64,000 nt of DNA, from assembly GCF_057098645.1 (NCBI RefSeq), contig NZ_CM169472.1. One strand, given 5' to 3'. Position 1 is the stretch's first letter. Each line of letters opens with the position of its first letter. Below are positions 1 to 15,551 of the stretch, in pieces. The translations under genes were made by a program, and so were the position numbers. The notes under the pieces are model-generated. The model was not told where the DNA came from. It saw only the letters and a program-made list of their open reading frames with translations, and did not search any database.

Positions 1-131
1 AATAGCGATTTTTCCAACGACAAAAGCTAAATATCGCAAAAACCTCAGTAAAAATCTTGCTGGAGCTATTATTGCTAAGTAACATTTACCCCCTGAAGTT
101 AATGGATCAATCAACAGAGATGTGAGTTGTA

Positions 132-257
132 ATGAATCGTCTTATTGAATTAACAGGTTGGATCGTTCTTGTCGTTTCAGTCATTCTTCTTGGCGTGGCG
201 AGTCACATTGACAACTATCAGCCACCTGAACAGAGTACTACGGTACAACACAAGTAA
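132..257 (+). CDS. blr: Small membrane protein Blr, 41 aa (beta-lactam resistance / divisome-associated)
   Basis: Hand translation gives MNRLIELTGWIVLVVSVILLGVASHIDNYQPPEQSTTVQHK*, which I recognise as Blr; it lies just upstream of cnu as in K-12. Below the ORF-track size cutoff. Confidence 0.7.
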   Translation: MNRLIELTGWIVLVVSVILLGVASHIDNYQPPEQSTTVQHK

Positions 258-529
258 GCTCTGCACTTGTAGAGCGACATGCTGCCCGTCCGGGTGCATG
301 TTTTCACTTGTCGGATATTAAACCAGGAATTTATTATCTTGTTCGATGTTGTTGGTGATTGTCAGGGATAGTAAAGCGCGTTACTCTTTTCAGAGCAGTT
401 TTTCATCCCTGAATATTTGCCATCAGCGCATTCTTATTATTGTAATAACACAAGCGTTCACTTTTGGTGAAATTTTATCATCACTAATAATACCTACCCC
501 TTTGGTATTAATTATTTTATGGACCTTTT

Positions 530-745
530 ATGACTGTTCAGGACTACTTATTAAAATTTCGCAAAATCAATTCACTCGAAAGTCTGGAAAAACTCTACGA
601 CCATCTTAATTACACCCTGACGGACGATCAGGAACTGATAAATATGTATCGTGCTGCCGATCACCGTCGCGCAGAGCTGGTTTCTGGCGGGCGTTTGTTT
701 GACCTCGGCCAGGTACCGAAGTCCGTCTGGCACTATGTTCAATAA
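530..745 (+). CDS. cnu: Hha-family nucleoid-associated regulator Cnu (YdgT), 71 aa
   Basis: ORF-track protein [12 protein letters not shown]...VWHYVQ matches Cnu from memory; position upstream of ydgK-rsx. Confidence 0.9.
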   Translation: MTVQDYLLKFRKINSLESLEKLYDHLNYTLTDDQELINMYRAADHRRAELVSGGRLFDLGQVPKSVWHYVQ

Positions 746-806
746 AGAAAGTAGCGATCGGTTATAAAAGCCTTATAATAACGCCCCTAAAATTAGATTT
801 GCCTGT

Positions 807-1271
807 TTGCGTCGCTATTCTGGAGAACCTATGACCACCACAACGCCACAACGTATTGGAGGCTGGTTGCTTGGCCCGTTGGCCTGGCTTTTAGTCGCTC
901 TGTTAAGTACGACGCTGGCGTTGTTGCTGTATACCGCTGCGTTATCTTCTCCGCAAACATTTCAAACGCTCGGCGCACAAGCACTGACGACACAAATCTT
1001 ATGGGGCGTTTCTTTTATTACCGCTATCGCCATGTGGTATTACACACTGTGGTTGACCATCGCTTTCTTTAAACGTCGGCGTTGTGTTCCTAAACACTAT
1101 ATTATCTGGCTGCTTATTTCCGTATTGCTGGCAGTAAAAGCGTTCGCTTTTTCCCCCGTGGAAGATGGCATAGCCGTTCGCCAGTTGCTGTTTACTTTGT
1201 TGGCAACCGCATTGATCGTCCCCTATTTCAAACGCTCGTCGCGGGTGAAAGCGACGTTTGTGAATCCGTAA
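807..1271 (+). CDS. ydgK: Inner membrane protein YdgK (DUF2569); annotated start probably at 831 (MTTTTPQ...)
   Basis: Hydrophobic ORF immediately upstream of rsxA; internal Met at 831 would give the 146-aa form. Confidence 0.8.
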   Translation: MRRYSGEPMTTTTPQRIGGWLLGPLAWLLVALLSTTLALLLYTAALSSPQTFQTLGAQALTTQILWGVSFITAIAMWYYTLWLTIAFFKRRRCVPKHYIIWLLISVLLAVKAFAFSPVEDGIAVRQLLFTLLATALIVPYFKRSSRVKATFVNP

Positions 1272-1347
1272 TAACCTTACAGTTAACCTGTTGTCGCCTG
1301 CTCTGGATTAACGGATAATAGGCGGCTTTTTTATTTCAGGCCGAAAA

Positions 1348-1928
1348 ATGACTGACTACCTGTTACTGTTTGTCGGAACTGTACTGGTCAATAACTTTGT
1401 ACTGGTCAAGTTTCTCGGTCTCTGTCCGTTTATGGGGGTTTCCAAAAAGCTGGAAACCGCGATGGGCATGGGGCTGGCAACAACGTTTGTGATGACGCTG
1501 GCGTCTATTTGCGCCTGGCTTATCGATACGTGGATTTTGATCCCACTTAATCTGATTTACCTGCGCACCCTGGCATTTATTCTGGTGATTGCTGTGGTCG
1601 TGCAGTTCACCGAGATGGTGGTGCGCAAAACCAGCCCGGTGCTTTACCGTTTGCTGGGGATTTTTTTGCCGCTTATCACCACCAACTGTGCCGTGCTCGG
1701 CGTGGCGTTGCTGAATATCAATCTCGGGCACAATTTCTTGCAGTCGGCGCTGTACGGTTTTTCCGCCGCTGTCGGTTTTTCGCTGGTGATGGTGCTCTTC
1801 GCAGCCATCCGCGAACGCCTTGCTGTGGCTGATGTCCCGGCTCCTTTTCGCGGTAATGCCATTGCGTTAATTACCGCAGGTCTTATGTCTCTGGCCTTTA
1901 TGGGCTTTAGTGGTTTGGTGAAGTTGTA

Positions 1929-1929
<1 letters not shown>
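1348..1929 (+). CDS. rsxA: Rnf/Rsx electron transport complex subunit A
   Basis: 193-aa polytopic membrane protein, first gene of the rsxABCDGE order. Confidence 0.92.
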
Positions 1930-4818
<2,889 letters not shown>

Positions 4819-5877
4819 ATGGTATTCAGAATAGCTAGCTCCCCTTATACCCATAACCAGCGCCAGACATCGCGCATTATGCTGTTGGTGTTGCTCGCAG
4901 CCGTGCCAGGAATCGCAGCGCAACTGTGGTTTTTTGGTTGGGGTACTCTCGTTCAGATCCTGTTGGCGTCGGTCAGTGCTCTGTTAGCCGAAGCTCTCGT
5001 ACTCAAACTACGCAAACAGTCGGTAGCCGCCACGTTGAAAGATAACTCAGCATTGCTGACAGGCTTATTGCTGGCGGTAAGTATTCCCCCCCTCGCGCCA
5101 TGGTGGATGGTCGTGCTGGGTACGGTGTTTGCGGTGATTATCGCTAAACAGTTATATGGCGGTCTGGGACAAAACCCGTTTAATCCGGCAATGATTGGTT
5201 ATGTGGTCTTACTGATCTCCTTCCCGGTGCAGATGACCAGCTGGTTACCGCCACATGAAATTGCGGTCAACCTCCCTGGTTTTATCGACGCCATACAGGT
5301 TATTTTCAGCGGGCATACCGCCAGTGGTGGTGATATGAACACACTACGCTTAGGTATTGATGGCATTAGTCAGGCGACACCGCTGGATACATTTAAAACC
5401 TCTGTCCGTGCCGGTCATTCGGTTGAACAGATTATGCAATATCCGATCTACAGCGGTATTCTGGCGGGCGCTGGTTGGCAATGGGTAAATCTCGCCTGGC
5501 TGGCTGGCGGCGTGTGGTTGCTATGGCAGAAAGCGATTCGCTGGCATATTCCCCTCAGCTTCTTAGTAACGCTGACGTTATGCGCAACGTTGGGCTGGTT
5601 GTTCTCACCAGAAACACTGGCAGCACCGCAAATTCATCTGCTGTCTGGAGCGACCATGCTCGGCGCATTCTTTATTTTGACTGACCCGGTTACCGCTTCT
5701 ACGACCAATCGTGGTCGTCTTATTTTCGGCGCGCTTGCGGGCTTATTAGTCTGGTTGATCCGCAGTTTCGGCGGCTATCCTGACGGCGTGGCTTTTGCCG
5801 TCCTGCTGGCGAACATCACGGTTCCTCTGATCGATTACTACACGCGTCCGCGCGTCTACGGCCATCGCAAAGGGTAA
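4819..5877 (+). CDS. rsxD: Rnf/Rsx complex subunit D
   Basis: 352-aa membrane protein in conserved operon position. Confidence 0.92.
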   Translation: MVFRIASSPYTHNQRQTSRIMLLVLLAAVPGIAAQLWFFGWGTLVQILLASVSALLAEALVLKLRKQSVAATLKDNSALLTGLLLAVSIPPLAPWWMVVLGTVFAVIIAKQLYGGLGQNPFNPAMIGYVVLLISFPVQMTSWLPPHEIAVNLPGFIDAIQVIFSGHTASGGDMNTLRLGIDGISQATPLDTFKTSVRAGHSVEQIMQYPIYSGILAGAGWQWVNLAWLAGGVWLLWQKAIRWHIPLSFLVTLTLCATLGWLFSPETLAAPQIHLLSGATMLGAFFILTDPVTASTTNRGRLIFGALAGLLVWLIRSFGGYPDGVAFAVLLANITVPLIDYYTRPRVYGHRKG

Positions 5878-5880
5878 ACC

Positions 5881-6501
5881 ATGCTGAAAACTATCCGAAA
5901 ACACGGCATTACGTTGGCGCTATTTGCAGCGGGTTCAACAGGGTTAACTGCGGCCATCAACCAGATGACCAAAACGACGATTGCTGAACAGGCCAGTCTG
6001 CAACAAAAGGCTTTATTTGATCAGGTGCTGCCAGCCGAACGCTATAACAATGCGCTGGCACAGAGTTGCTATCTGGTAACTGCGCCAGAGTTAGGTAAAG
6101 GTGAGCATCGGGTTTACATCGCCAAACAGGATGACAAACCGGTAGCCGCCGTTCTGGAAGCAACCGCGCCAGATGGCTATTCCGGTGCGATTCAGCTGCT
6201 GGTGGGAGCCGATTTTAACGGCACGGTACTTGGCACGCGCGTGACAGAGCACCACGAAACGCCAGGGCTTGGCGATAAAATCGAACTGCGCCTTTCTGAC
6301 TGGATCACCCATTTTGCGGGTAAAAAAATCAGTGGTGCGGATGATGCGCACTGGGCGGTGAAGAAAGATGGTGGTGATTTCGACCAGTTCACCGGCGCAA
6401 CGATTACTCCCCGCGCGGTGGTTAATGCGGTAAAACGCGCCGGATTGTACGCTCAGACGTTACCGGCACAACTTTCTCAACGTCCTGCCTGTGGAGAATA
6501 A
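5881..6501 (+). CDS. rsxG: Rnf/Rsx complex subunit G
   Basis: 206 aa, conserved operon position. Confidence 0.9.
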   Translation: MLKTIRKHGITLALFAAGSTGLTAAINQMTKTTIAEQASLQQKALFDQVLPAERYNNALAQSCYLVTAPELGKGEHRVYIAKQDDKPVAAVLEATAPDGYSGAIQLLVGADFNGTVLGTRVTEHHETPGLGDKIELRLSDWITHFAGKKISGADDAHWAVKKDGGDFDQFTGATITPRAVVNAVKRAGLYAQTLPAQLSQRPACGE

Positions 6502-6504
6502 AGC

Positions 6505-7200
6505 GTGAGCGAAATTAAAGACGTTATTGTTCAGGGGTTGTGGAAAAACAACTCTGCGCTGGTCCAGTTGCTCGGCCTTTGTCCTCTGTTGGCGGTCACG
6601 TCCACTGCCACTAACGCTCTGGGTTTAGGACTTGCGACTACGCTGGTACTGACGCTGACCAACCTGACCATTTCGACGCTGCGTCACTGGACGCCAGCCG
6701 AGATCCGCATTCCCATTTACGTGATGATCATCGCCTCGGTGGTCAGCGCTGTACAGATGCTGATCAACGCCTACGCCTTTGGCCTGTATCAATCATTAGG
6801 GATTTTTATTCCGCTGATTGTCACTAACTGTATCGTTGTGGGCCGCGCTGAAGCCTTCGCCGCCAAAAAAGGTCCGGCGCTTTCGGCACTGGACGGCTTT
6901 TCAATTGGTATGGGCGCAACCTGCGCCATGTTCGTGCTGGGTTCACTACGCGAAATTATCGGCAATGGCACATTGTTTGACGGTGCAGATGCGCTGTTAG
7001 GTAGCTGGGCAAAAGTATTACGCGTGGAGATTTTCCACACCGACTCCCCTTTCCTGCTGGCGATGCTGCCACCAGGTGCATTTATTGGCCTGGGACTGAT
7101 GCTGGCAGGAAAATACCTGATTGATGAAAGAATGAAAAAGCGCCGTACTGAAGCAGCTGCCGAACGTGCATTGCCAAACGGTGAAACAGGGAATGTCTGA
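6505..7200 (+). CDS. rsxE: Rnf/Rsx complex subunit E
   Basis: 231-aa membrane protein paralogous to RsxA; its stop overlaps the nth start (ATGA). Confidence 0.92.
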
Positions 7201-7835
7201 TGAACAAAGCAAAACGCCTGGAGATCCTCACTCGCCTGCGTGAGAACAATCCTCATCCCACCACCGAGCTTAATTTCAGTTCGCCTTTTGAATTGCTGAT
7301 TGCCGTACTGCTTTCCGCTCAGGCGACCGATGTCAGTGTTAATAAGGCGACGGCGAAACTCTACCCGGTGGCGAATACGCCTGCAGCGATGCTTGAACTG
7401 GGCGTTGAAGGGGTGAAAACCTATATCAAAACGATTGGGCTTTATAACAGCAAAGCAGAAAATATCATCAAAACCTGCCGTATCTTACTGGAGCAGCATA
7501 ATGGCGAGGTTCCGGAAGATCGTGCTGCGCTTGAAGCCCTGCCCGGCGTAGGTCGTAAAACAGCCAACGTCGTATTAAACACTGCATTCGGCTGGCCGAC
7601 TATTGCTGTCGACACGCACATTTTCCGCGTTTGTAATCGTACTCAATTTGCGCCGGGGAAAAACGTCGAACAGGTAGAAGAAAAGCTACTGAAAGTGGTT
7701 CCGGCAGAGTTTAAAGTCGACTGCCACCATTGGTTGATCCTGCACGGGCGTTATACCTGCATTGCCCGCAAGCCCCGCTGTGGCTCTTGTATTATTGAAG
7801 ATCTTTGTGAATACAAAGAGAAAGTTGACATCTGA
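7200..7835 (+). CDS. nth: Endonuclease III (DNA glycosylase/AP lyase)
   Basis: 211 aa with HhH-GPD region and C-terminal 4Cys cluster (CIARKPRCGSCIIEDLC). Confidence 0.93.
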   Translation: MNKAKRLEILTRLRENNPHPTTELNFSSPFELLIAVLLSAQATDVSVNKATAKLYPVANTPAAMLELGVEGVKTYIKTIGLYNSKAENIIKTCRILLEQHNGEVPEDRAALEALPGVGRKTANVVLNTAFGWPTIAVDTHIFRVCNRTQFAPGKNVEQVEEKLLKVVPAEFKVDCHHWLILHGRYTCIARKPRCGSCIIEDLCEYKEKVDI

Positions 7836-8445
7836 AGAAAAGGGGTAACACCGATTACCCCATTGATAACCTTTCTTTATCCTCTTTTAAAACATCTTTT
7901 TAACGTCAATGATGCCATTGCTTAGCGTTATCATCAGGTAATCCGTTTGCGGATAACCAAAAATGCAGGTTAATTGTTTTTTTAATAGCGAAATTTTCTA
8001 TTCATTCGTGATCAAGATCACGATGCTGTGGCAATGTAAAAACATTGCAAGAATCAGGTTAAAATCATTTAAATTTACACACGCAACAAATATTGACCTA
8101 CAAAACATTACACTGGCTATTTTTCAGAAACTGGACTATCTCACTAGGAAAAACGCTAAATAGCAGAACATATCGCCGTCAAGCCATCATCCCCCTCTCA
8201 ATGCAGTGAAAAAATCTGCCGTTACGTTTTTTGAAAAATTTAACGCTGGATAACATTTCCCGGAATGGTTGAATTCCCCGCCTCAGTTATATGTAACAGA
8301 TTATTACAAAGGACTTGTCTGAAAGTGCAAGATAGTGAACATTACCTGCCGTTTCCCCTCCCACTATAACAATTGCGCGTATGTTTTTTAGGCATAACGC
8401 GAGAAAGCACCCCCGTTAATATGGGATGTAAAAAAAGAGGTAAAA

Positions 8446-9948
8446 GTGTCCACTGCAAACCAAAAACCAACTGAAAGCGTCAGTTTGAACGCTTTCAAAC
8501 AACCGAAGGCGTTCTATCTCATCTTCTCGATTGAGTTATGGGAACGTTTTGGTTATTACGGCCTACAAGGAATTATGGCTGTTTACCTGGTTAAACAACT
8601 GGGTATGTCTGAAGCGGATTCAATCACCCTTTTCTCTTCCTTTAGTGCCCTGGTTTATGGTCTGGTCGCTATCGGCGGCTGGTTAGGTGACAAGGTACTG
8701 GGTACTAAACGCGTAATTATGCTCGGCGCTATTGTGCTGGCGATTGGTTATGCTCTGGTTGCCTGGTCTGGTCACGACGCCGGTATCGTTTATATGGGTA
8801 TGGCGGCTATTGCGGTCGGTAACGGCCTGTTTAAAGCTAACCCGTCTTCTCTGCTTTCTACATGCTATGAGAAAAACGACCCGCGTCTGGACGGTGCATT
8901 CACCATGTACTACATGTCCGTCAACATCGGCTCTTTCTTCTCTATGATCGCCACCCCGTGGCTGGCCGCGAAATACGGCTGGAGTGTTGCGTTTGCGTTG
9001 AGCGTTGTAGGCCTGCTGATCACTATCGTTAACTTCGCCTTCTGCCAACGCTGGGTTAAACAGTACGGTTCAAAACCAGATTTCGAGCCTATCAACTACC
9101 GTAACCTGCTGCTGACCATTATTGGTGTTGTGGCACTGATCGCTATCGCCACCTGGCTGCTGCACAATCAGGAAGTTGCGCGTATGGCGCTGGGCGTTGT
9201 TGCCTTCGGTATCGTGGTGATCTTCGGTAAAGAAGCCTTCGCGATGAAAGGTGCTGCGCGTCGTAAAATGATCGTTGCCTTCATCCTGATGCTCGAAGCC
9301 ATTATCTTCTTCGTGCTGTACAGCCAGATGCCAACGTCACTGAACTTCTTTGCGATTCGTAACGTTGAACACACCATTCTGGGCCTGGCCGTAGAACCTG
9401 AGCAGTATCAGGCACTGAACCCGTTCTGGATCATCATTGGTAGCCCGATTCTGGCCGCTATCTATAACAAGATGGGCGATACCCTGCCGATGCCAACTAA
9501 GTTTGCAATCGGTATGGTGATGTGTTCTGGTGCGTTCCTGATTCTGCCGCTGGGTGCAAAATTCGCGTCTGACGCAGGTATCGTGTCTGTAAGCTGGCTG
9601 GTCGCAAGCTATGGCCTGCAGAGTATCGGGGAACTGATGATCTCTGGTCTGGGTCTGGCAATGGTTGCTCAACTCGTTCCGCAGCGTCTGATGGGCTTCA
9701 TTATGGGTAGCTGGTTCCTGACCACTGCCGGTGCAAACCTGATTGGTGGTTATGTTGCGGGTATGATGGCTGTGCCGGATAACGTTACCGATCCGCTGAT
9801 GTCACTGGAAGTCTATGGTCGCGTATTCTTGCAGATTGGTGTCGCTACTGCCGTTATTGCAGTACTGATGCTGCTGACCGCGCCGAAACTGCACCGCATG
9901 ACGCAGGATGACGCTGCAGACAAAGCGGCGAAAGCAGCCGTAGCGTAA
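8446..9948 (+). CDS. dtpA: Proton-dependent di/tripeptide permease DtpA (TppB/YdgR), POT family
   Basis: 500-aa MFS/POT transporter with the ERFGYYG signature motif. Confidence 0.92.
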
Positions 9949-9972
9949 AATTCAGGGAAACTCTTTTACAAG

Positions 9973-10002
9973 TCGCTAACTTTTCGTTAGCGGCTTTTTT
10001 TT
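9973..10002 (+). terminator. Rho-independent terminator downstream of dtpA
   Basis: Hairpin cgctaac-tttt-cgttagcg followed by a run of T. Confidence 0.6.
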
Positions 10003-10052
10003 GTTCAGCAACGCACTACCATACTTTAAACCACAGACAAAAGGAGTTACCG

Positions 10053-10658
10053 ATGAAATTGTTCTACAAACCGGGCGCCTGCTCTCTCGCTTCCCATATC
10101 ACCCTGCGTGAGAGCGGAAAGGATTTTACGCTCGTCAGTGTGGATTTAATGAAAAAACGTCTCGAAAACGGTGACGATTACTTTGCCGTTAACCCTAAGG
10201 GGCAGGTGCCTGCATTGCTGCTGGACGATGGTACTTTGCTGACGGAAGGCGTTGCGATTATGCAGTATCTTGCCGACAGCGTCCCCGACCGCCAGTTGCT
10301 GGCACCGGTAAACAGTATTTCCCGCTATAAAACCATCGAATGGCTGAATTACATCGCCACCGAGCTGCATAAAGGTTTCACACCTCTGTTTCGCCCTGAT
10401 ACACCGGAAGAGTACAAACCGACAGTTCGCGCGCAACTGGAGAAGAAGCTGCAATATGTGAACGAGGCACTGAAGGATGAGCACTGGATCTGCGGGCAAA
10501 GATTTACAATTGCTGATGCCTATCTGTTTACGGTACTGCGCTGGGCATACGCGGTGAAACTGAATCTGGAAGGGTTAGAGCACATTGCGGCATTTATGCA
10601 ACGTATGGCTGAACGTCCGGAAGTACAAGACGCGCTGTCAGCGGAAGGCTTAAAGTAA
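10053..10658 (+). CDS. gstA: Glutathione S-transferase
   Basis: 201 aa, recognised GstA sequence ([18 protein letters not shown]...). Confidence 0.92.
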
Positions 10659-10701
10659 TAGCCATCGGCCCACAGATCGTTGTGGGCCGAAATGAGATAT
10701 T

Positions 10702-11565
10702 TCAGAGCTTTGTTGCGCTGAAGTAATGTTCTGGTTTGGCAATACGATCCTGAGCAGCCACCACTTGCAGCTCATATTCCTGCATTGCTTTGGTGGTCAC
10801 CATGATTTCGTAGACTGCAGCGGTCACATGTTCCAGGGCCTCCTGCAGCGTTGCCCCCTGAAGCAGTTTCACCAGCAGTAAACCGCTCGTCACATCACCA
10901 ACACCTACCGGCTGGCGCATACCAAAATCCACCAGTGGCCGGCTGATATGCCAGGCTTCATCGGCGGTGACCAGCAGCATTTCAAAACGGTCACGGCTGT
11001 AGCCAGCTCGCGCCAGGTGTTTAACTAACACAATTTGTGGCCCTTGCGCAATGAGTTCGCGCGCTGCCAGAACCGCTTCTTCGACGTTATTTACCGCATG
11101 CTCACAGAGTATTTCCAGCTCAACCAGATTTGGCGCAATGATATCGCTGGCAGGCAAACCGTGCCGCACATGAAACTCTGCGACACCCGGTGCAACGATA
11201 CAGCCTTTTTCCGGATGACCCATTACCGGATCGCAAAAATATTTCGCCTGCGGATTCGCGGCTTTCACCTGACGGACGATACCGAGAATATGTTCACCCT
11301 GCTCCGCCGATCCCAGATAGCCACTTAATACGGCATCACAGGTGTGTAATTTATCAATGGCGGCAATGCCTTGCACAATTTCGGTTAAATGGCTGGGCGG
11401 CATCACGCAGCCAGTCCATTTGCCGTATTGGGTGTGATTAGAAAATTGAACGGTGTTCAGCGGCCAGACGTTCGCGCCCAGGCGGCGCATCGGAAACTCT
11501 GCCGCACTGTTACCCGCATGACCATAAACAACGTGAGACTGGATAGCGAGAATATTTTTCATCAT
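10702..11565 (-). CDS. pdxY: Pyridoxal kinase 2
   Basis: 287 aa, ribokinase-like PdxY; sits in the pdxY-tyrS-pdxH cluster. Confidence 0.9.
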   Translation of the reverse strand: MMKNILAIQSHVVYGHAGNSAAEFPMRRLGANVWPLNTVQFSNHTQYGKWTGCVMPPSHLTEIVQGIAAIDKLHTCDAVLSGYLGSAEQGEHILGIVRQVKAANPQAKYFCDPVMGHPEKGCIVAPGVAEFHVRHGLPASDIIAPNLVELEILCEHAVNNVEEAVLAARELIAQGPQIVLVKHLARAGYSRDRFEMLLVTADEAWHISRPLVDFGMRQPVGVGDVTSGLLLVKLLQGATLQEALEHVTAAVYEIMVTTKAMQEYELQVVAAQDRIAKPEHYFSATKL

Positions 11566-11623
11566 GTTCCCTGTATAAAAACCAGGGGGAGTGATTTCTC
11601 ACTCCCCCTTTCCACTTAATGCA

Positions 11624-12898
11624 TTATTTCCAGCAAATCAGACAGTAATTCTTTTTGCCGCGACGCAGTAAGGTAAAACGACCAAACAGACGATCTTCTT
11701 CTTTAAAGAAGTATTCAGGATCGGACTGTTTTTCACCGTTAATGGTGATGGCATTGGAGGCGATAGTTTTACGCGCCTGACCACGGGAAGGTTGCAGTTC
11801 AGAATCGACCAGCGCCTGCATCAGGTCTGCGCCCTTTTCCATCTCAACCATCGGTACGCCGTCCTGCGCCAGCTGTTCGAAGTCCGCTTCACTCAGCGCA
11901 CTCAAGGAACCGCTGAACAGGCATTCGGTAATACGTTTTGCCGCCTGCAAACCTTCTTCACCGTGAACCAGACGGGTCACCTGCTCCGCCAGTACATACT
12001 GGGCGCGCGGTGCTTTACCGCTGTTTTTATCTTCTTCTTCCAGGGCGTTGATCTCTTCAATGCTCATAAAGGTGAAGAACTTCAGGAAGCGGTAAACGTC
12101 GGCATCCGCAGTGTTGATCCAGAACTGGTAGAATTTGTACGGGCTGGTTTTCTTCGGATCCAACCAGACTGCGCCGCCTTCAGTTTTACCAAATTTGGTG
12201 CCATCTGCTTTGGTGATCAGCGGAACGGTCAGGCCAAACACCTGATTCTGATGCAGACGACGGGTCAGGTCGATACCAGAAGTGATGTTACCCCACTGAT
12301 CAGAACCACCAATTTGCAGCACCACACCGTACTGTTTGTTCAGACAGGCGAAGTCATAACCCTGCAACAGGTTGTAGGAAAACTCAGTGAACGAAATCCC
12401 CTGATCTTCACGGTTGAGACGCTGCTTAACCGCTTCTTTGTTGATCATCTGGTTAACGGAGAAGTGTTTGCCAATATCGCGCAGGAAGGTCAGCACATTC
12501 ATATTGCCGAACCAGTCATAGTTGTTCGCCGCGATAGCAGAGTTTTCTCCACAGTCGAAATCGAGGAACGGGGCAACCTGCTTACGGATTTTGTCCACCC
12601 ACTCCTGAACAGTTTCTTCAGTGTTCAGCTTACGCTCGGCAGCTTTGAAGCTCGGGTCGCCAATCAGACCCGTCGCGCCGCCTACCAGCGCAACCGGCTT
12701 GTGGCCCGCCTGCTGGAAGCGTTTCAGGCATAACAATGGAACAAGATGCCCCAAATGCAAGCTGTCAGCGGTAGGATCGAAGCCGCAATAGAGCGCGATC
12801 GGGCCTTGCGCCAGTCGCTCTGCTAACGCTTCCTCGTCCGTCACCTGGGCTACCAGCCCCCGCTCTTGCAATTGTTTAATCAAGTTACTGCTTGCCAT
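11624..12898 (-). CDS. tyrS: Tyrosyl-tRNA synthetase
   Basis: Class I aaRS with HLGH and KFGKT motifs; start taken at MASSNLIKQ (the ORF track extends 4 codons further upstream). Confidence 0.93.
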
Positions 12899-13026
12899 CA
12901 AAATCTCCATGTATATAACGACTGCACCTTTGCCGGTACACGACTTTTCGCCAGATGCGAAAGAGACATAGAATAAAGTGCCAGAATCAGGAGTACCAGC
13001 GATTAAAGCAAGATTTTTGCATCTTT

Positions 13027-13683
13027 TCAGGGTGCAAGACGATCAATCTTCCACGCATCATTTTCACGCTGGTACAAAAAGCGGTCATGCAGGCGATGCT
13101 CACCCCCCTGCCAGAACTCAATCTGTTCAAGGCTGACGCGAAAACCGCCCCAAAAGCTCGGCAATGGCACTTCGCCCTGTTGAAACTTCTGCTTCAGCTC
13201 CAGGAATTTACTTTCAAGGATACCGCGGGCAGAAATGCGACTGGACTGCTTCGAAACCCATGCACCAATCTGGCTATCACGCGGGCGGCTATGAAAATAT
13301 TTCATCACTTCGAGAGTCGAAAGTCGTTCCGCTTTACCGATCACCATCACCTGGCGCTCAAGGGTATGCCACGGGAACAGCAGGCTAACGCGCGGATTAT
13401 TTTCGATTTGATGTGCTTTACGGCTGCCGAGGTTGGTGTAAAACACCATGCCTTTTTCGTCGTAATGTTTGAGTAAAACGATGCGCTGATAAGGCTGACC
13501 ATGTTCATCCACGGTAGCGACCACCATCGCGGTAGGGTCCGCCAGTTTGGCTTCACAAGCCTGAGAGAGCCAGCGTTCAAAAAGGGTTAATGGATCGGCA
13601 GGAAGATCGCGGCGGCGTAACCCGCCTTTGGTGTATTCACGGCGCAGATGCGCGATTTGCTGCAATTCGTCGTTATCAGACAT
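13027..13683 (-). CDS. pdxH: Pyridoxine/pyridoxamine 5'-phosphate oxidase
   Basis: 218 aa, recognised PdxH sequence. Confidence 0.92.
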
Positions 13684-13741
13684 GGTTTTCTTTACGGATT
13701 GTCAGTGGGTGACGCTATTGTGCGCCGCCCCTGGAAAAATC

Positions 13742-14071
13742 TCAACGCTGTGGATTTTGTAACTGACAGTTATTCAATACGATGCGGTCGCGTTTATAGA
13801 CAGTCGCTTCATCGCCTTTCGACCAGAAAACATAGATTCCGTCAGTGTAACGCGCGCCAGAGGCTGAAATGCCCTGTTTGAGATGCAGTAGTTGATTATC
13901 GTAAACAAAACTGACCTCCTGGCGCGGATTATTCAGTTTGACCGTCAACGGTTTTTCATCACACTGGTATTCCAGCGTATCGGTTTGCATGCGCTCAACC
14001 AGCTGATTGAACGCGCTACAGCCGGTGAGAAGCACCGGCAAACAGATCAGTAACAGTTTTTTCATAGACAT
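13742..14071 (-). CDS. mliC: Membrane-bound lysozyme inhibitor of C-type lysozyme (lipoprotein)
   Basis: 109 aa with lipoprotein signal peptide (LLTGCSA). Confidence 0.88.
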   Translation of the reverse strand: MSMKKLLLICLPVLLTGCSAFNQLVERMQTDTLEYQCDEKPLTVKLNNPRQEVSFVYDNQLLHLKQGISASGARYTDGIYVFWSKGDEATVYKRDRIVLNNCQLQNPQR

Positions 14072-14168
14072 ATCCCGAAGACTTTCCTGGTCTGGAGGGC
14101 AATACGCCCACCCTAACGTTCCAAGTGTAACGGCAGACGCGGTAAGAAAAATTCAGTTAACTCTGATA

Positions 14169-15278
14169 TCACGGGTTAGCGGGGAAAATAGCCCCGAGTA
14201 CCGTCTCCTGGCTTGCGCCAGTGACGGAAGGCAGATTTCCTGGTAATCCCGCCAGCGTACGCCAGGCAAGCCAGGCGAAAGCCAATGCTTCCATGTCATC
14301 GCCACTAATGCCAACGGCATCGGTGGTGGTGACTTCTGTGCCTGGCAGTAATGCCGCCAGACGCGCCATGAGTAGCGGATTACGACTTCCTCCACCACAT
14401 ACCAGCAATCGTTCACAGCCACCGCTCAACAAAACTTGTTCAGAAATGGTCACGGCGGTGAGTTCTGCCAGTGTGGCCTGCACATCACGGGGATCAACAC
14501 CCGGAAAATGGCGCAAATGGCGCTCCAGCCAGCCATAGTTAAAGTATTCGCGTCCGGTGCTTTTCGGTGCGGGTTGCGAGAAATACGGGTCGCTGAGCAT
14601 ATTTTGCAGTAGTGGGAGAATAACTTTACCCGCCCGTGCCCACTCGGCATCTTTATCGTAAGGTTTACCGGCCTGACGCCAGATCCAGGCATCCATCAGC
14701 ATGTTACCAGGACCGGTATCGTAGCCCCCAACCGGCTGCCCAGGAATGAGCAGTGACAGATTGGCGATGCCGCCAATATTGAGCACCATTCGTCGCTCGG
14801 TTGGGTGAGCCAGCAAGGCATGATGGAACGCAGGTACCAGCGGTGCGCCTTGTCCTCCCAAGGCAATATCGCGACGGCGAAAATCACCGACAACCGTAAT
14901 TCCGGTGCGTGCCACAATTTGATTATTATCGCCAATCTGTAAAGTGTGTGGTGCCACGCCCGTCGGTTCATGCCAGACGGTTTGACCGTGACAGCCGATC
15001 GCAACTATATCTCTCGCCTGCAGGTTTTGTTCCTTAAGCAAGGCATTGACCGCATCAGCAAAAAGTCGCCCGAGTTGAGTATCAAGCTGTCCAAACTGCG
15101 AAAGTGTAAGCTGCTGGCCCTGGCAAATATCCAGTACAGCCTGTTTCAGAGACACCGGGATCGGCCAGCTCAAACTTGCCAGCTGTGCGACCCGGTGTTC
15201 ATCAATTGTCGCCAACACAACATCAACACCATCAAGGCTGGTGCCTGACATAACGCCAATAAAGCGGCCCGATTTCAT
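14169..15278 (-). CDS. anmK: Anhydro-N-acetylmuramic acid kinase
   Basis: 369 aa, recognised AnmK; conserved position. Confidence 0.9.
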   Translation of the reverse strand: MKSGRFIGVMSGTSLDGVDVVLATIDEHRVAQLASLSWPIPVSLKQAVLDICQGQQLTLSQFGQLDTQLGRLFADAVNALLKEQNLQARDIVAIGCHGQTVWHEPTGVAPHTLQIGDNNQIVARTGITVVGDFRRRDIALGGQGAPLVPAFHHALLAHPTERRMVLNIGGIANLSLLIPGQPVGGYDTGPGNMLMDAWIWRQAGKPYDKDAEWARAGKVILPLLQNMLSDPYFSQPAPKSTGREYFNYGWLERHLRHFPGVDPRDVQATLAELTAVTISEQVLLSGGCERLLVCGGGSRNPLLMARLAALLPGTEVTTTDAVGISGDDMEALAFAWLAWRTLAGLPGNLPSVTGASQETVLGAIFPANP

Positions 15279-15551
15279 AGTTCATCCTTTTTCAATCTGA
15301 CGTTTGCGCACCACTCAAACATAAACTTTTCGTGAATACCATGCGGAATGACCGATTTTTACCGTTGGTAGTAAAACATTATCTTCAAATCAATAATCAT
15401 CATGAATGTTTTGTTTATAATTGGTTGATCCTACTTTCATTATGATTTGCTCATATTTGGTAGAACATGTAACCATGGATTCACATATGCCATATACTTT
15501 GACCATGAGGGATGCTTGCGTGGCGTTTCATGGTAAACAGGAGATTTTTCA

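Noticed and set aside
346-609. 87-aa ORF upstream of and overlapping the cnu start
   Set aside because: Low-complexity translation with no RBS; overlaps the well-supported cnu frame and the blr-cnu spacer.
7842-7868. Hairpin after nth as a terminator
   Set aside because: Stem is present (ggggtaa...ttacccc) but there is no adjacent T tract; not convincing as an intrinsic terminator.
7963-8163. 66-aa ORF in the dtpA upstream region
   Set aside because: Extremely AT-rich, no RBS, atypical codon usage; more likely non-coding regulatory DNA.
11792-12733. 313-aa ORF antisense to tyrS
   Set aside because: Fully embedded opposite a highly conserved aaRS gene; shadow ORF from GC-rich codon structure.
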